Of a stretch of 64,000 bases of DNA, positions 30,394 to 39,689 are shown piece after piece. The position numbers and the translations under genes are program-made. The first letter of the stretch is position 1; every line of letters begins with the position of its first letter. The DNA is taken from positions 1-64,000 of IMG/VR virus record IMGVR_UViG_3300017700_000469; one strand, given 5' to 3'. The stretch is from a virus (lineage: Duplodnaviria > Heunggongvirae > Uroviricota > Caudoviricetes). The notes beneath the pieces are model-generated. The model saw nothing but the letters and a program-made list of their open reading frames with translations, did not search any database and was not told the DNA's origin.

Positions 30394-30909
30394 TTACAAG
30401 TAGATCGAGGCGATGACTTTCTTCTGGGGCAGCAAGAGCAGCTTGGTGCTACTCAGTGCGATTCCCATGCGGACATACTGGGCACTGACGGTCGGCGGCA
30501 GGCCCGCGAACAACTTACCGGAGTTGTTGGAGTTGAATGAGTACACGCTGCCCGCAATCAGGCCGCCGCTACCGCTCGTTACCACGGCGTCCCATTGACC
30601 CGTGGTCAACTCGACGACGCCGCGAATCTGCACGTTACCTGTGCCGGACGCTAAGATTCCGCCCGACTCGGTAACGATGCCGAACGGGCGCTCGGGCGGG
30701 TTGGCCAATGAGAGGACTTGACGCAAGGTTGCGCTACCGTTGGTCATCGCGACTGGCAACCCGATTGCAAACGTGCCACCCGTTCCGTTTCGGCAGACCA
30801 CTTGGCGGCCTTCGACGTAAGCGGGAAGAGCCGGCATCGTGTCATTGGCGGTGTCGAGTTGTTTCGGCTGGCCGTCGTACAACGCCAACGCTCGTCGTCC
30901 CATTACCAT
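30394..30909 (-). CDS. Paralog-array member 5 (most divergent)
   Basis: DGQPKQLDTANDT N-terminus. LTTGQWDAVVTSGSGGLIAGSVYSF...LSSTKLLLLPQ. Confidence 0.5.
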   Translation of the reverse strand: MVMGRRALALYDGQPKQLDTANDTMPALPAYVEGRQVVCRNGTGGTFAIGLPVAMTNGSATLRQVLSLANPPERPFGIVTESGGILASGTGNVQIRGVVELTTGQWDAVVTSGSGGLIAGSVYSFNSNNSGKLFAGLPPTVSAQYVRMGIALSSTKLLLLPQKKVIASIYL

Positions 30910-30921
30910 GACTGCACCTGC

Positions 30922-31356
30922 TTATTTGCGGACGGCCGGCGTCACTTCGACGGCGGCTTTGGTGACGGGCGCTTGTTCGACGGCGGCTTCACCGACTGGT
31001 TTAACGTCGGCAGGCTTTTCATCAGCAGCGACATCGGTGACATGGACGGCGGCATCGAGAAGCTGCCGGACGGCGGGCTCGACAACGGGAGTCTCGACGC
31101 GAGGTTTGACGGGTTCGGGCTCGACTTCGAGTTCGACTTCATGGACGGTTCGCTCGCGGAGGATCATGGTCTCGCTGAGATGCACGCCATCGGGCGCGAC
31201 GAACACGGCGGAAAGTTCCCCATCGGCGAGTTCGTCGGGGATTTCCAAAGTGCTGTGCGTGTCGTCAAGCATCCACTCCAACTGTTTGGTCGGGTGGTCC
31301 AGCATGATCTTGACCAGCGGGTAGTTGCTGTTTTTCGGAAGCGAGAGTAGCGACAT
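30922..31356 (-). CDS. acidic Pro/Val/Glu-rich hypothetical protein
   Basis: 144-aa ORF. Its C-terminus is a PEPVKP/VEP low-complexity region. It overlaps the next ORF by ~90 nt, so the true start may be an internal Met. Confidence 0.35.
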   Translation of the reverse strand: MSLLSLPKNSNYPLVKIMLDHPTKQLEWMLDDTHSTLEIPDELADGELSAVFVAPDGVHLSETMILRERTVHEVELEVEPEPVKPRVETPVVEPAVRQLLDAAVHVTDVAADEKPADVKPVGEAAVEQAPVTKAAVEVTPAVRK

Positions 31357-31662
31357 GGGCGAGTCGGCCTTCTGTTTGGTGGATGACGGTGTTGAGCCGA
31401 TCGCGCATCTGCACGAGAGCTTCGAGAGGGTTTCCGGGCATGGCCAAGAGCGTGTAGCCCTCGATCATCCCGATGCACGAGCTTGTACCGAACAAGACGT
31501 GCTTCCAGAGCCTCAGTCCCTCTTCCTCACTGGTCGCGAAGTTGAACTTCACGCTGGCGTGCTCGGGCGTGGGAACGGGCGGTCGTGTGATTTTGGGAGC
31601 CATGAATTGCGACGTCGGCGGTGGGCAGTTGTTGCAAGGGCGCTTGTTGCGAACGGCCATCG

Positions 31663-31977
31663 TTACTTCCTTCGCAGGCGGAACAGAAAGACGATCACCT
31701 TCAGCGCGGCCATGATCTCGGACCAGTGCAGGACGATGAAGGCGACGATCACACCGATCGGCACCCAGGTCGTCTTGCGACCGGTTGCACGAACGTGGAT
31801 GCGTTGCACACGTCGCTCGAAGGCGGCGACAGCGTTGACCGCTCGGCCTCGCCCGTCGAACTGCACTGGGTTCTTGAACAGCGTGTCGATCATCGTGGCT
31901 TCGGCGTCGGTGGCGTTGGCCACTCGGGTCTGAGCCAGTCGCATCGCAGCTTCAAAGTCTTTTAGAGTCGTTGCCAT
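31663..31977 (-). CDS. tail-anchored membrane protein (two C-terminal hydrophobic segments, basic end; holin-like?)
   Basis: ...VPIGVIVAFIVLHWSEIMAALKVIVFLFRLRRK. Confidence 0.4.
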   Translation of the reverse strand: MATTLKDFEAAMRLAQTRVANATDAEATMIDTLFKNPVQFDGRGRAVNAVAAFERRVQRIHVRATGRKTTWVPIGVIVAFIVLHWSEIMAALKVIVFLFRLRRK

Positions 31978-32339
31978 CGTTTGCTCGGCACCAGTTTGCG
32001 GTAGAGGACGTTGGCGTTCTGCGTCCTGAAGGTCTCGACACCCCTCGTCACGATGACGTAGGTGGGCACGCTTTCGACACCGTACTTGGCGGCCAACTCG
32101 GGCTGCTTGTCGATGTCCACCCGAACGACTTTCACACCGCTGTCTTCAACGGCGTCAACGATCGGGGCTTGAATCTTGCAGGGGTTACACCAAGTCGCAT
32201 GGAAGTCGTAGACGACTAGCTGCGTGACGGGCTTGACCGGAGCAGGCTTCACCGGCGGCTTGGGCTTCTCGCATCCGATGAGGGCGGCGATCGCGATCAG
32301 AGCGGCGTACAGAGCGAGGAAGTGAACGAGTCGCTTCAT
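31962..32339 (-). CDS. Thioredoxin-fold lipoprotein (start refined to MKRLVHFL)
   Basis: Active site WCNPCK (CxxC). Signal peptide with a LIGC lipobox. RBS AAAAGGAAA precedes the ATG at 32339. Confidence 0.75.
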   Translation of the reverse strand: MKRLVHFLALYAALIAIAALIGCEKPKPPVKPAPVKPVTQLVVYDFHATWCNPCKIQAPIVDAVEDSGVKVVRVDIDKQPELAAKYGVESVPTYVIVTRGVETFRTQNANVLYRKLVPSKRWQRL

Positions 32340-32419
32340 GGTGGTTTCCTTTTCGGTTATCGAGCCCACTCGGTTGAATGGGCTGGACAACCGACCGTCG
32401 CGAGACGGTCGGAAGCGTG

Positions 32420-32830
32420 TTAGACCGGAGCCTTCAGATCGGCGACCGGGACGGTCGGTTCGACGGGCGTGGCGGCGGCGAGCTTGGCGGCGAGCAACGC
32501 ACGACCTTCCGGTGTGCCGAGCTTGGCGTTGAGCACATTGGCGTAGACTTGATCGAACTCTTTCAGGATCGCGTCGTCGCCGGACAGGGCGAGCTTGGCG
32601 AGATCGTGAATCTGCTCGAACATCCCGGAGTAGTCGCCCACGGCATAGTCACCGAGGAAGGCCGGAATCTTGTTGAGGCCGTAGACCTTCAACGTACCGG
32701 CGAGTTGGAAGGCCGCACGCCGGCGGGCTTCGACTTCGGTGTCTTTGCCGAAGGCCCACTTGGCACCGTATGCGCCGCCAGCCAAGGCGATCACAGCGGA
32801 GAGAACGAGAGTCATTGTGTCGGGGTTCAT
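32420..32830 (-). CDS. N-terminally membrane-anchored hypothetical protein
   Basis: MTLVLSAVIALAGGAYGAKWAF TM segment, then an Ala/Leu-rich soluble domain. Confidence 0.4.
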   Translation of the reverse strand: MNPDTMTLVLSAVIALAGGAYGAKWAFGKDTEVEARRRAAFQLAGTLKVYGLNKIPAFLGDYAVGDYSGMFEQIHDLAKLALSGDDAILKEFDQVYANVLNAKLGTPEGRALLAAKLAAATPVEPTVPVADLKAPV

Positions 32831-32902
32831 GGAGTACCTTCGTTACGTGATGGGCCTGTGGCCCGGATGGATCAAATGGAAACGGACGGGAACCGGGACG
32901 AC

Positions 32903-33598
32903 TTACTTCGCGCCCGGCTTGTACTTGTCGCGGTACTTCTTAACGCCCATGCCGCCCGCTCCGGTGAAGAGCCCGCCACCGATCGCGGCGAGGTAGCTGA
33001 GCAGTGAATTTCCGTTATCGACCGGAGCGACGTCGGGTTGAGCATTCAGGTCGGGCGAAACGTCCGGCGACGGATTCGTGTCCGGGATCGGGTCCGGCTC
33101 GGGCGTGGCGTTGTTTCGATTCCGCCACCGACGCAGACACTCGGTATTGATCGCCTTCGACAGTGACTCACCGCTCATCGGGACGTTGACGCCGCTCGAC
33201 TGATACAGCACAGTGCCGTCGCTGGACTGCACGCGAATGCAGGGCGTATTCGGCACCGTCGCTCGGTACCTCTCGGCGAACATCGCACTCGTCGTCTCGA
33301 CGGCGCTGAAGTGCGTCTGAGCCTTGATCGACTTCAGTTCGGGCACGCTGTTGAACCAGCTAAGCACCGATTGGTACTTCGAGTCGGACGTCGAACCCAT
33401 GACGGTGACGTAGAACTTGTTCTGATCTTGCGGCAGGGCGACGACTCGCTCTTCGGTGTAGGCCACGCCATAAGCGGCGTCGGCCTTCATACCGTTGGCG
33501 AGCGTGAGTGTGTCGGGGATCGTCGGCGAACCTTCGCCAGCGACGACGGTGCTGCAAAGGCTGACGAGCAGCAACAGGGACAGAAGGTATCGATACAT
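32903..33598 (-). CDS. Secreted protein with an N-terminal signal peptide and a C-terminal TM anchor (u-spanin-like topology; inference)
   Basis: MYRYLLSLLLLVSLCSTVVAG signal. C-terminal LLSYLAAIGGGLFTGAGGMGV followed by basic KKYRDKYK. Pro/Asp-rich linker. Confidence 0.4.
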   Translation of the reverse strand: MYRYLLSLLLLVSLCSTVVAGEGSPTIPDTLTLANGMKADAAYGVAYTEERVVALPQDQNKFYVTVMGSTSDSKYQSVLSWFNSVPELKSIKAQTHFSAVETTSAMFAERYRATVPNTPCIRVQSSDGTVLYQSSGVNVPMSGESLSKAINTECLRRWRNRNNATPEPDPIPDTNPSPDVSPDLNAQPDVAPVDNGNSLLSYLAAIGGGLFTGAGGMGVKKYRDKYKPGAK

Positions 33599-33647
33599 GC
33601 GTGTTCCTCTTTCAAAATGGAGTCGCGGACATCGCGGCTCGGACGTG

Positions 33648-34241
33648 TTAGTTCAGCGGCAGCGGCGGTGCGGGCGTATAGACGGGCGTGACGGCCCAGC
33701 TATGACTGTTGAGCCATTCGGCAACGAACGTCGCTCGCGGCACCCAGATGATTCCCTGGGTCTGGTTGTTGTCGAGAATGCCGGCCCACTTCGCGTCGAA
33801 GTGAACCAGGGCGACCATGTGTCGGCCGCCCATCACGGTGACGCCGCAGCCTCGACGTGTTGAGCAGGCCCATTCGAGGAACCGCACATCACCCTTCTGC
33901 GACGTGTAGGCGTACTTGACGCCGGCTCGATCGAACTTGGCTGCGAGATCGACGTCCCACTCGCCATCACCGTTGTGCGTCCGCCAATACTCGGCGAGCT
34001 TCATCTGGCCTTGCCAGCGGAAGAGGCTCGTCATCGTGGCGTGGACGCAACTACCTTGTCCCATCGGACCGAGCCAGTTGGACTGACGCAGGCTGAGAGG
34101 CAGGTTGACTGTCGGGTACTCGCCCTTGAAGACCGGGACGGCCTTCGTGCGAATCACGACAGGGACGTTCGGCTTGCAGCCGGTGACGGCTAGCGAGGCG
34201 ATCGCGAGGTAGACGATTGCAAGTCGGAAGAGACGAATCAT
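33648..34241 (-). CDS. Lipoprotein with a putative papain-like/C39-like cysteine peptidase domain (candidate cell-wall hydrolase)
   Basis: LAVTGC lipobox. GQGSCVHATMTSLFRWQG (Cys motif resembling C39_2 CGPTSLAMVL) with downstream GGRHMVALVHFD (His). Confidence 0.4.
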   Translation of the reverse strand: MIRLFRLAIVYLAIASLAVTGCKPNVPVVIRTKAVPVFKGEYPTVNLPLSLRQSNWLGPMGQGSCVHATMTSLFRWQGQMKLAEYWRTHNGDGEWDVDLAAKFDRAGVKYAYTSQKGDVRFLEWACSTRRGCGVTVMGGRHMVALVHFDAKWAGILDNNQTQGIIWVPRATFVAEWLNSHSWAVTPVYTPAPPLPLN

Positions 34242-34858
34242 TTGAGCCTCATCGGTTTCTTGAGAATGCCCAAACGTCGCTCGGCCCGTGTGAACTTGTT
34301 AGGATTCCAGCGCGAGCCGCTGTCGGTTTGGAACAGGCCGATGTCGGCGTGCGCCGCAGCGCACCATTCCGAGCAGAAGAGAGAGTGCAGGTCTTCGTTC
34401 TGAAGATGCGACTCGATCCAGTTGAAGGCGTGTCCGCCGGATCGGAAGGCTCCGATCGTGTCGTAGGGCAGACCTAGCGTGGCGTGCAGGAAGTCAGTCA
34501 GCCGTGTTCGTTCGTGGTCGAAGAGGGGCCGGTATAAGGGATAATGCCAAACTTTGCCTCGATAGCCCTTGAGTCGGGTACCAAGGTCGTGCGCTTGGGA
34601 GCCACTGAAGACCTTACCGGCGATTTCGCAGGGTTCGTCATCCAGGGTCGTGGACTCGAAGAGTAGAAGGCGACCATCATGCTCACCCATAATCCCGACG
34701 TGGCTGATGGACCACCACGGGATTCCGTAAGTCGCGAGGTTGATGCCCCAGCTAACCCAGTTGTCACCGGTGAACCCGATGATGTCACCCGCCTGGATGA
34801 CTGACGGGTCGCGGATCGGCTTGCGGTTGAACATGAGACGCCTTCGCGAAGATTGCAC
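34238..34858 (-). CDS. Permuted papain-fold (His-then-Cys order, NlpC/P60- or C92-like) putative peptidase/amidase
   Basis: SISHVGIMGEHDG upstream of LFCSEWCAAAH. Overlaps the upstream peptidase gene. Confidence 0.35.
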   Translation of the reverse strand: MQSSRRRLMFNRKPIRDPSVIQAGDIIGFTGDNWVSWGINLATYGIPWWSISHVGIMGEHDGRLLLFESTTLDDEPCEIAGKVFSGSQAHDLGTRLKGYRGKVWHYPLYRPLFDHERTRLTDFLHATLGLPYDTIGAFRSGGHAFNWIESHLQNEDLHSLFCSEWCAAAHADIGLFQTDSGSRWNPNKFTRAERRLGILKKPMRLK

Positions 34859-35067
34859 TGACTTGGGCAGATCGACGCTCGATCTCAGCCTCTTGCTCGA
34901 CCGAGAGCGTGGCGACTTGGACGTGGTGCGAACGACCGTCGTACCGCTCGTGGTGATCCACGTAGCAGTCCTCGCAGCGAGTGCCGCTGGGGTAGTTCAC
35001 AAGATTGCCGCAAGCACACCAGACCGGGAGCGTGACCAAAGGAACCTCAGCGAAGAGCGAAGATGAA

Positions 35068-35142
35068 AGAGCTAACGGAGGGAATCGAACCCACAACCTG
35101 CGGTTTACAAAACCGCTGCTCTGCCAGTTGAGCTACGCGAGC
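35068..35142 (-). tRNA. tRNA-Thr(TGT)-like; possibly a degenerate or pseudo tRNA
   Basis: Reverse complement gives GCTCGCG-TA-GCTC-AACTGGCA-GAGC-A-GCGGT-TTTGTAA-ACCGC-AGGTT-GTGGG-TTCGATT-CCCTC-CGTTAGC-T. Canonical D-arm, anticodon arm (TGT) and T-loop. One mismatch in the T-stem and one mismatch plus a G-U pair in the acceptor stem. Confidence 0.4.
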
Positions 35143-35390
35143 AGGACTCGCCGTTGATTCACGTCATCGCGGTGGCACTTGACCAGTCGCGAGAGCGGTG
35201 AGGCGAGCGTGTTGTTAGAGGGACGCACTCACTCTTGGCTGAGCAAGCTGTTGGCCTCACCGTGGCCGAGTGCGTCATGGTCTCGGGATACTATCCCGAG
35301 CGGGGTGTTGGTGATCGCGCGGGAAGCGTCATGGCATCAGGACTGTCGCATTGCACTGCTTGGCCTTTGATGATTCGCATGACTCTTCCA

Positions 35391-35467
<77 letters not shown>

Positions 35468-35766
35468 CTAAAGACCGATCGAGAGAAGGCTTCTTCGAGA
35501 GGCCCGATCGGTGTAATACGAAGACCAACGCAGAGCGTCGGTCCAACTCAACCCGCCGTGGGCGAGTGAATGAAGGGCAACCGTAAAGGCGGCCCGCTGA
35601 TCGACTGATTCGATCAGGAAGGTTTCTTGGTGTGGCTCGTGGCCAACGTCGCGACCGTCTTGCTTGCCGGATGAAGACCGGCCTTCAAGGCGACGACAAC
35701 TTGTGGAGCGGTCGGCTTCGACTGCTCCACTTTCTTATGCGAATGCGTGTTTCCGAGCATGGTGTC

Positions 35767-36762
35767 CTATGCCGCGAGGCGGCGTCGTGATCTGTCGTAG
35801 GGCGTGGAGATGATCTTCTCCACGATTCGATCAGTGAGTTTCTCATGTTCCGGCACGTCGGCCAGAGAGAGTTCATCAGCGATGATCTGGCTCACAGCTT
35901 GACCGAGTCGTTGGATCGACTCGACCGTGAGCAGGTTGCCCATCTTTTGTTCGATCTCGTGAGCGGCCTTGATTTGCTTTTCCAAGGTCTTCATCGCGAG
36001 GCACAGCGGGGCGGAAGCCGCGATCAAGTCCATGTCGGACTTGACCATGTTCCAACGTCGCTCGATCAGGATGATCTGAAGGGCGATGTCTTCGTTGAGC
36101 GACTTCAGTCTCTCGTGCTTGACCATCTCCGCGATGCGAAGCTGATCTTCAATGCTCTCGATCAGGAAGGTTCCGGCTTCACGCTTGATTCTTCCGACGA
36201 GCGACGGCACGTTCACGAGAGCGGGCGTGGCGTGATTGTTGGCCACCGTGATGGCTTCGATCGTCTGTCCCGCGATTCGCTGGACGACTTCGCCGTAGTT
36301 GACGATGCCTTTTAGTTCATCGATCACGATCTGAATGATGTGCTGGCCGTACCGGATCAGGTCCGGTTTACCCAGCAAGGTGTCAAGGTTTTGCTCAATC
36401 TTATGGGCTGATGTTACGAGACGCGCCACGGTGAGTTGGAGCGTGAGCAAGTCACGGAATGCAAGTAGGAGATCGGCGTCCTGCTCTGTGATATTGACAC
36501 GACGCTCGACCAGCCGGCGAGCGATCGCGATTAGTTCATTCAGAGCGGAGAGAGGGTCTTGTTCAGACAGTTCGGCCAGCCGTTGCCGATTACGTGCATC
36601 CGTCAGATGGTACAGCCGCAGGTCTTCGACCTTGGCCATATTTGAACCGCCGTTGTGGACCTTGCAGTACGTCGAGCCGAGTTCGGCTCGGTTCATGCAC
36701 TGGCCGTCCGGCGCTCGGCCTTGGCATCGCTGCGGGTCGGCGGGATCGTCAACGCGGTTCAT
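35767..36762 (-). CDS. Hypothetical protein with an N-terminal Zn-ribbon (CQGRAPDGQC...CKVH) and a long helical/coiled-coil region; start refined to MNRVDDPAD
   Basis: The ORF-track start at 36879 is farther upstream. The internal ATG at 36762 has RBS AGGTAACAAG. Divergent from the HNH gene at 36906. Confidence 0.45.
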   Translation of the reverse strand: MNRVDDPADPQRCQGRAPDGQCMNRAELGSTYCKVHNGGSNMAKVEDLRLYHLTDARNRQRLAELSEQDPLSALNELIAIARRLVERRVNITEQDADLLLAFRDLLTLQLTVARLVTSAHKIEQNLDTLLGKPDLIRYGQHIIQIVIDELKGIVNYGEVVQRIAGQTIEAITVANNHATPALVNVPSLVGRIKREAGTFLIESIEDQLRIAEMVKHERLKSLNEDIALQIILIERRWNMVKSDMDLIAASAPLCLAMKTLEKQIKAAHEIEQKMGNLLTVESIQRLGQAVSQIIADELSLADVPEHEKLTDRIVEKIISTPYDRSRRRLAA

Positions 36763-36905
36763 CTTGTTACCTAACTTCTGGGTACTTACAGCATACTCAA
36801 CTCGGCGGCCGATGTTTAAGACACGCGGCAAAATTGATAGAAATAGTACAACCCGCGTCAAACGACGTTCTAAAACCAATAGACTCGTTTCGACGTGATA
36901 ACGGA

Positions 36906-37487
36906 ATGAGAATCATTCCTATAAGCGGCCGGAACTCACGCGGCAGGTTCACTCTCGTTGACGACGCGGACTATCACTGGGTTTCTGAACTCAGTTGGGC
37001 CTATGTAAACTGCCGGCCGCCCGAGCGTCACAACAAGACGCGAGCCGGGACCGGGTATGCAATTGGACGCGGCACGACTCGGTCGCTGCACCGCGCCGTA
37101 CTCGAACACGCTGGCCACGATCTGACCGAACTTATCGTCGATCACCACAACGGCTGGGGACTCGACAACAGGCGTATCAACCTGCGGCCGGGAACCAGTC
37201 GCGACAACGCGCGGAACCACCGTGGTGAAAACATCCGCGCCTTTGGCGGCGGCTTCCAGGTCTGGTTCGGCTCTATCCGACTGCCGACCGTGTATCCATC
37301 GCTGGACGACGCCAAGACCGCCCGCGACGAACTGGCAGCGTCGTATGGCTTCGTATCGCACTCAGAGCGGCGAGCCCTGCTACAGCCCGTGCTGGACTTT
37401 ATGGAGTGGATGGTAGACGAAGGCACACTCAAGCGGCACATCATAGGTGCGCCACTGGTCGAAGACCGGTACCGCATAAAATTCTGA
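36906..37487 (+). CDS. HNH endonuclease (start refined to MRIIPISG)
   Basis: LIVDHHNGWGLDNRRINLRPGTSRDNARN, an HNH motif. N-terminal AP2-like region. Confidence 0.75.
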   Translation: MRIIPISGRNSRGRFTLVDDADYHWVSELSWAYVNCRPPERHNKTRAGTGYAIGRGTTRSLHRAVLEHAGHDLTELIVDHHNGWGLDNRRINLRPGTSRDNARNHRGENIRAFGGGFQVWFGSIRLPTVYPSLDDAKTARDELAASYGFVSHSERRALLQPVLDFMEWMVDEGTLKRHIIGAPLVEDRYRIKF

Positions 37488-37548
37488 AAACCAGATCGCG
37501 GGTTTCATCGTGGTACTTCTCAGACATCACCCCACTGCGAGATCAACG

Positions 37549-37842
37549 ATGCCCCGCCAGTACCGAATCCTTTACAAGCGCGACGCCGGCCCTTTCACGG
37601 CAATGAAGCCCTTCGTGAACACGCGGTTGTACGACCGGCCTGAAGTGGCCGTCGCGATCGAGTACATGCGGCAGAATCCGCACGTCGAAGGAATGGCGAT
37701 GAAGCTCGACACCGAACGATTCAACATCATGTCGTTCGAGCAAGACGCCGAGGCTCCGAACAGTTTCACGTTCGAGCCGCTGCCGGCCGCCGCAAAAGAC
37801 GTCGTCCTTGACGCCTCGCAGCCGGCCGACTCCACCGAATAA
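37549..37842 (+). CDS. hypothetical protein (ORF-track start 37510)
   Basis: ORF with good GC3. No motif. Confidence 0.35.
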   Translation: MPRQYRILYKRDAGPFTAMKPFVNTRLYDRPEVAVAIEYMRQNPHVEGMAMKLDTERFNIMSFEQDAEAPNSFTFEPLPAAAKDVVLDASQPADSTE

Positions 37843-37886
37843 AAGAGTCGCGTGGGCGGTGTTGGCACGCCACAACCGCCCGCGAC

Positions 37887-38141
37887 TCACGCCCTTTGCT
37901 TAGCGATCAGAGACCGAGCTTCCTTCACCGGGATGCCCTTCTCTTTCGCGAGCTTCCGTGCCTTGGCCCACAAAGCCTTGGCAGCCTTGCCTCGACCATC
38001 GGGCTTACCCGTCTTGGTCTTCGCAGGTGCGGTCGCCACAGCAGTGGCACTCGCGGTCTTCGCAGGCTTACCGAGTGCCGACTGTAGTTCCTCGAACGTG
38101 TCGCACTCGACGCGCGTTGAGCCTAGCTCGAAACGATACAT
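37887..38141 (-). CDS. small Lys/Ala-rich basic protein (start refined to MYRFELGS)
   Basis: RBS GAGGATCAGCT precedes the ATG at 38141. C-terminal KTKTGKPDGRGKAAKALWAKARKLAKEKG could be nucleic-acid-binding. Confidence 0.4.
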   Translation of the reverse strand: MYRFELGSTRVECDTFEELQSALGKPAKTASATAVATAPAKTKTGKPDGRGKAAKALWAKARKLAKEKGIPVKEARSLIAKQRA

Positions 38142-38214
38142 AGCTGATCCTCTAAAGAAGTGATTACCCGAGCGTTCGGGCAGTCCTTTACAGGCTAGTC
38201 GAAGGTACATCACT

Positions 38215-38532
38215 GTGCAACTCAAGTTCAACAACGAGCCGAAGCGACCGGCGCTCCCGACGCTCGGGCAATTCGTCGAGCAGCTTCGCGATGACCGGGC
38301 CGAGCCACAGCTTCGCAAGGCCGCCACGTTTCTCTACGACGGGTACGTGTACGCCTTGATCGACAAGTTCGGACAAGGTGTCGTAGTCAACACTGACCAC
38401 GGCACCGCACCGTGCTTCAACCTGAAGTCGCAAACGGTCCGTGCGATCAACCTGCGGAACGAGATTGAACCCGTGGACGCCACGGTATGTGTCGATCACC
38501 CGAAGACTCACCGGTACCCGCACCAATGCTGA
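38215..38532 (+). CDS. hypothetical protein
   Basis: 105-aa ORF. Its stop overlaps the next gene's start. Confidence 0.35.
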   Translation: MQLKFNNEPKRPALPTLGQFVEQLRDDRAEPQLRKAATFLYDGYVYALIDKFGQGVVVNTDHGTAPCFNLKSQTVRAINLRNEIEPVDATVCVDHPKTHRYPHQC

Positions 38533-39050
38533 TCGACCGCGACTTCACGCCCAAGCCTAAGCCGGCGCGTCAGATGCCGACCGATCCGAAGCCTGTTCTC
38601 GAAATGGTGCGGCTCCCGGTCTTCCGGGTCCACTACTTGGCTCTCAACGCCTTCGTCGAGAAAGTGTTCGGCTTTGAGTTCGACTTCATGGAAGTCGCCG
38701 GCGTGACGCCCAACTGCGGCGTGGACTACCGAGTTCAAGCCGTGAGCGGCGGCTTCGGATGGGATCGCCGAGCAAGCGATCTCCGTCGAGGCAAACGCTC
38801 GAAGGACATGGGACTGATCTTCGACGTGCTCGCTCTCGACGGGTACATCCCGGCGGGGATGTACACGGTCAGCACGAAGTTGCTCCCGGAGCCGACCGCG
38901 ATCTACACGGCGATGCTGCAAGGCGGTCGCCGGCCACTCGACCCTGAGTGCGTGGCCTTCAAAGAGAAACACAAGGGCGACAAGGTATTCACCGAGCGAG
39001 CCAAGGTGCTCGACCAAGCCGTCTTGGACTTCCTACGCGATGCAGGTTAA
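38526..39050 (+). CDS. hypothetical protein (start refined to MLIDRDF)
   Basis: ATGCTGA overlap with the upstream gene. Confidence 0.35.
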   Translation: MLIDRDFTPKPKPARQMPTDPKPVLEMVRLPVFRVHYLALNAFVEKVFGFEFDFMEVAGVTPNCGVDYRVQAVSGGFGWDRRASDLRRGKRSKDMGLIFDVLALDGYIPAGMYTVSTKLLPEPTAIYTAMLQGGRRPLDPECVAFKEKHKGDKVFTERAKVLDQAVLDFLRDAG

Positions 39051-39053
39051 GGC

Positions 39054-39578
39054 ATGAAGACGTTCTTTGACACCGAGTTCATTGAAGACGGCAAGACGAT
39101 CGACCTGATCTCGATCGGCTTCTCTCGCGAAGACGGCGACGAACTCTACCTGATCTCAAGCGAGTTCGACGCCAGCAAGGCGAGCGACTGGGTGCGAGAC
39201 AACGTGCTCGTCCACCTGCCGAAAGAGATCGACGTGCCTCGCTACACGCGGGCGCAGATGAAGGCCCGCATCCAAGGGTTCTTCTGGGACGATCCGAACC
39301 CGCAGTTCTGGGCGTACTATGCCGACTACGACTGGATCGCCTTGTGCCAACTGTTCGGCACGATGATGGACCTGCCGAGCAAGTATCCGAAGTATTGCCG
39401 TGACCTGAAGCAAGTCATCGATCAACTCGGCATCGAGCCGCCACGGCAGGTCGGCAACGAGCACCACGCCCTGGCCGACGCTCGCTGGGTCCGACAGTCG
39501 CACAAGTTCATTGCTGACCGCCTCACCGAACGTCGCATGAACCACGGCACGTTCTCCGAGTTTCAATTCGAGATGTAG
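39054..39578 (+). CDS. DEDDh 3'-5' exonuclease (second copy)
   Basis: Exo I FFDTEFIEDG, Exo II YYADYDWIAL, Exo III HHALADARW. Confidence 0.75.
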   Translation: MKTFFDTEFIEDGKTIDLISIGFSREDGDELYLISSEFDASKASDWVRDNVLVHLPKEIDVPRYTRAQMKARIQGFFWDDPNPQFWAYYADYDWIALCQLFGTMMDLPSKYPKYCRDLKQVIDQLGIEPPRQVGNEHHALADARWVRQSHKFIADRLTERRMNHGTFSEFQFEM

Positions 39579-39689
39579 TCATGCTCATCGCCTGTGGCCT
39601 CTGCGGAGGCGTGATCGAACTTGCCCTTATCGGCGGTGCCACCGGCGTCGCCGCGCTCGGTTCCCTCGTCATCACCAAGATTCACAACC

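Noticed and set aside
28105-30909. Diversity-generating retroelement (DGR) acting on the paralog array (template/variable repeat pairs)
   Set aside because: The conserved C-terminal segments differ by mixed transitions and transversions at all bases, not adenine-specific changes. No reverse transcriptase ORF (YxDD) is present in the window.
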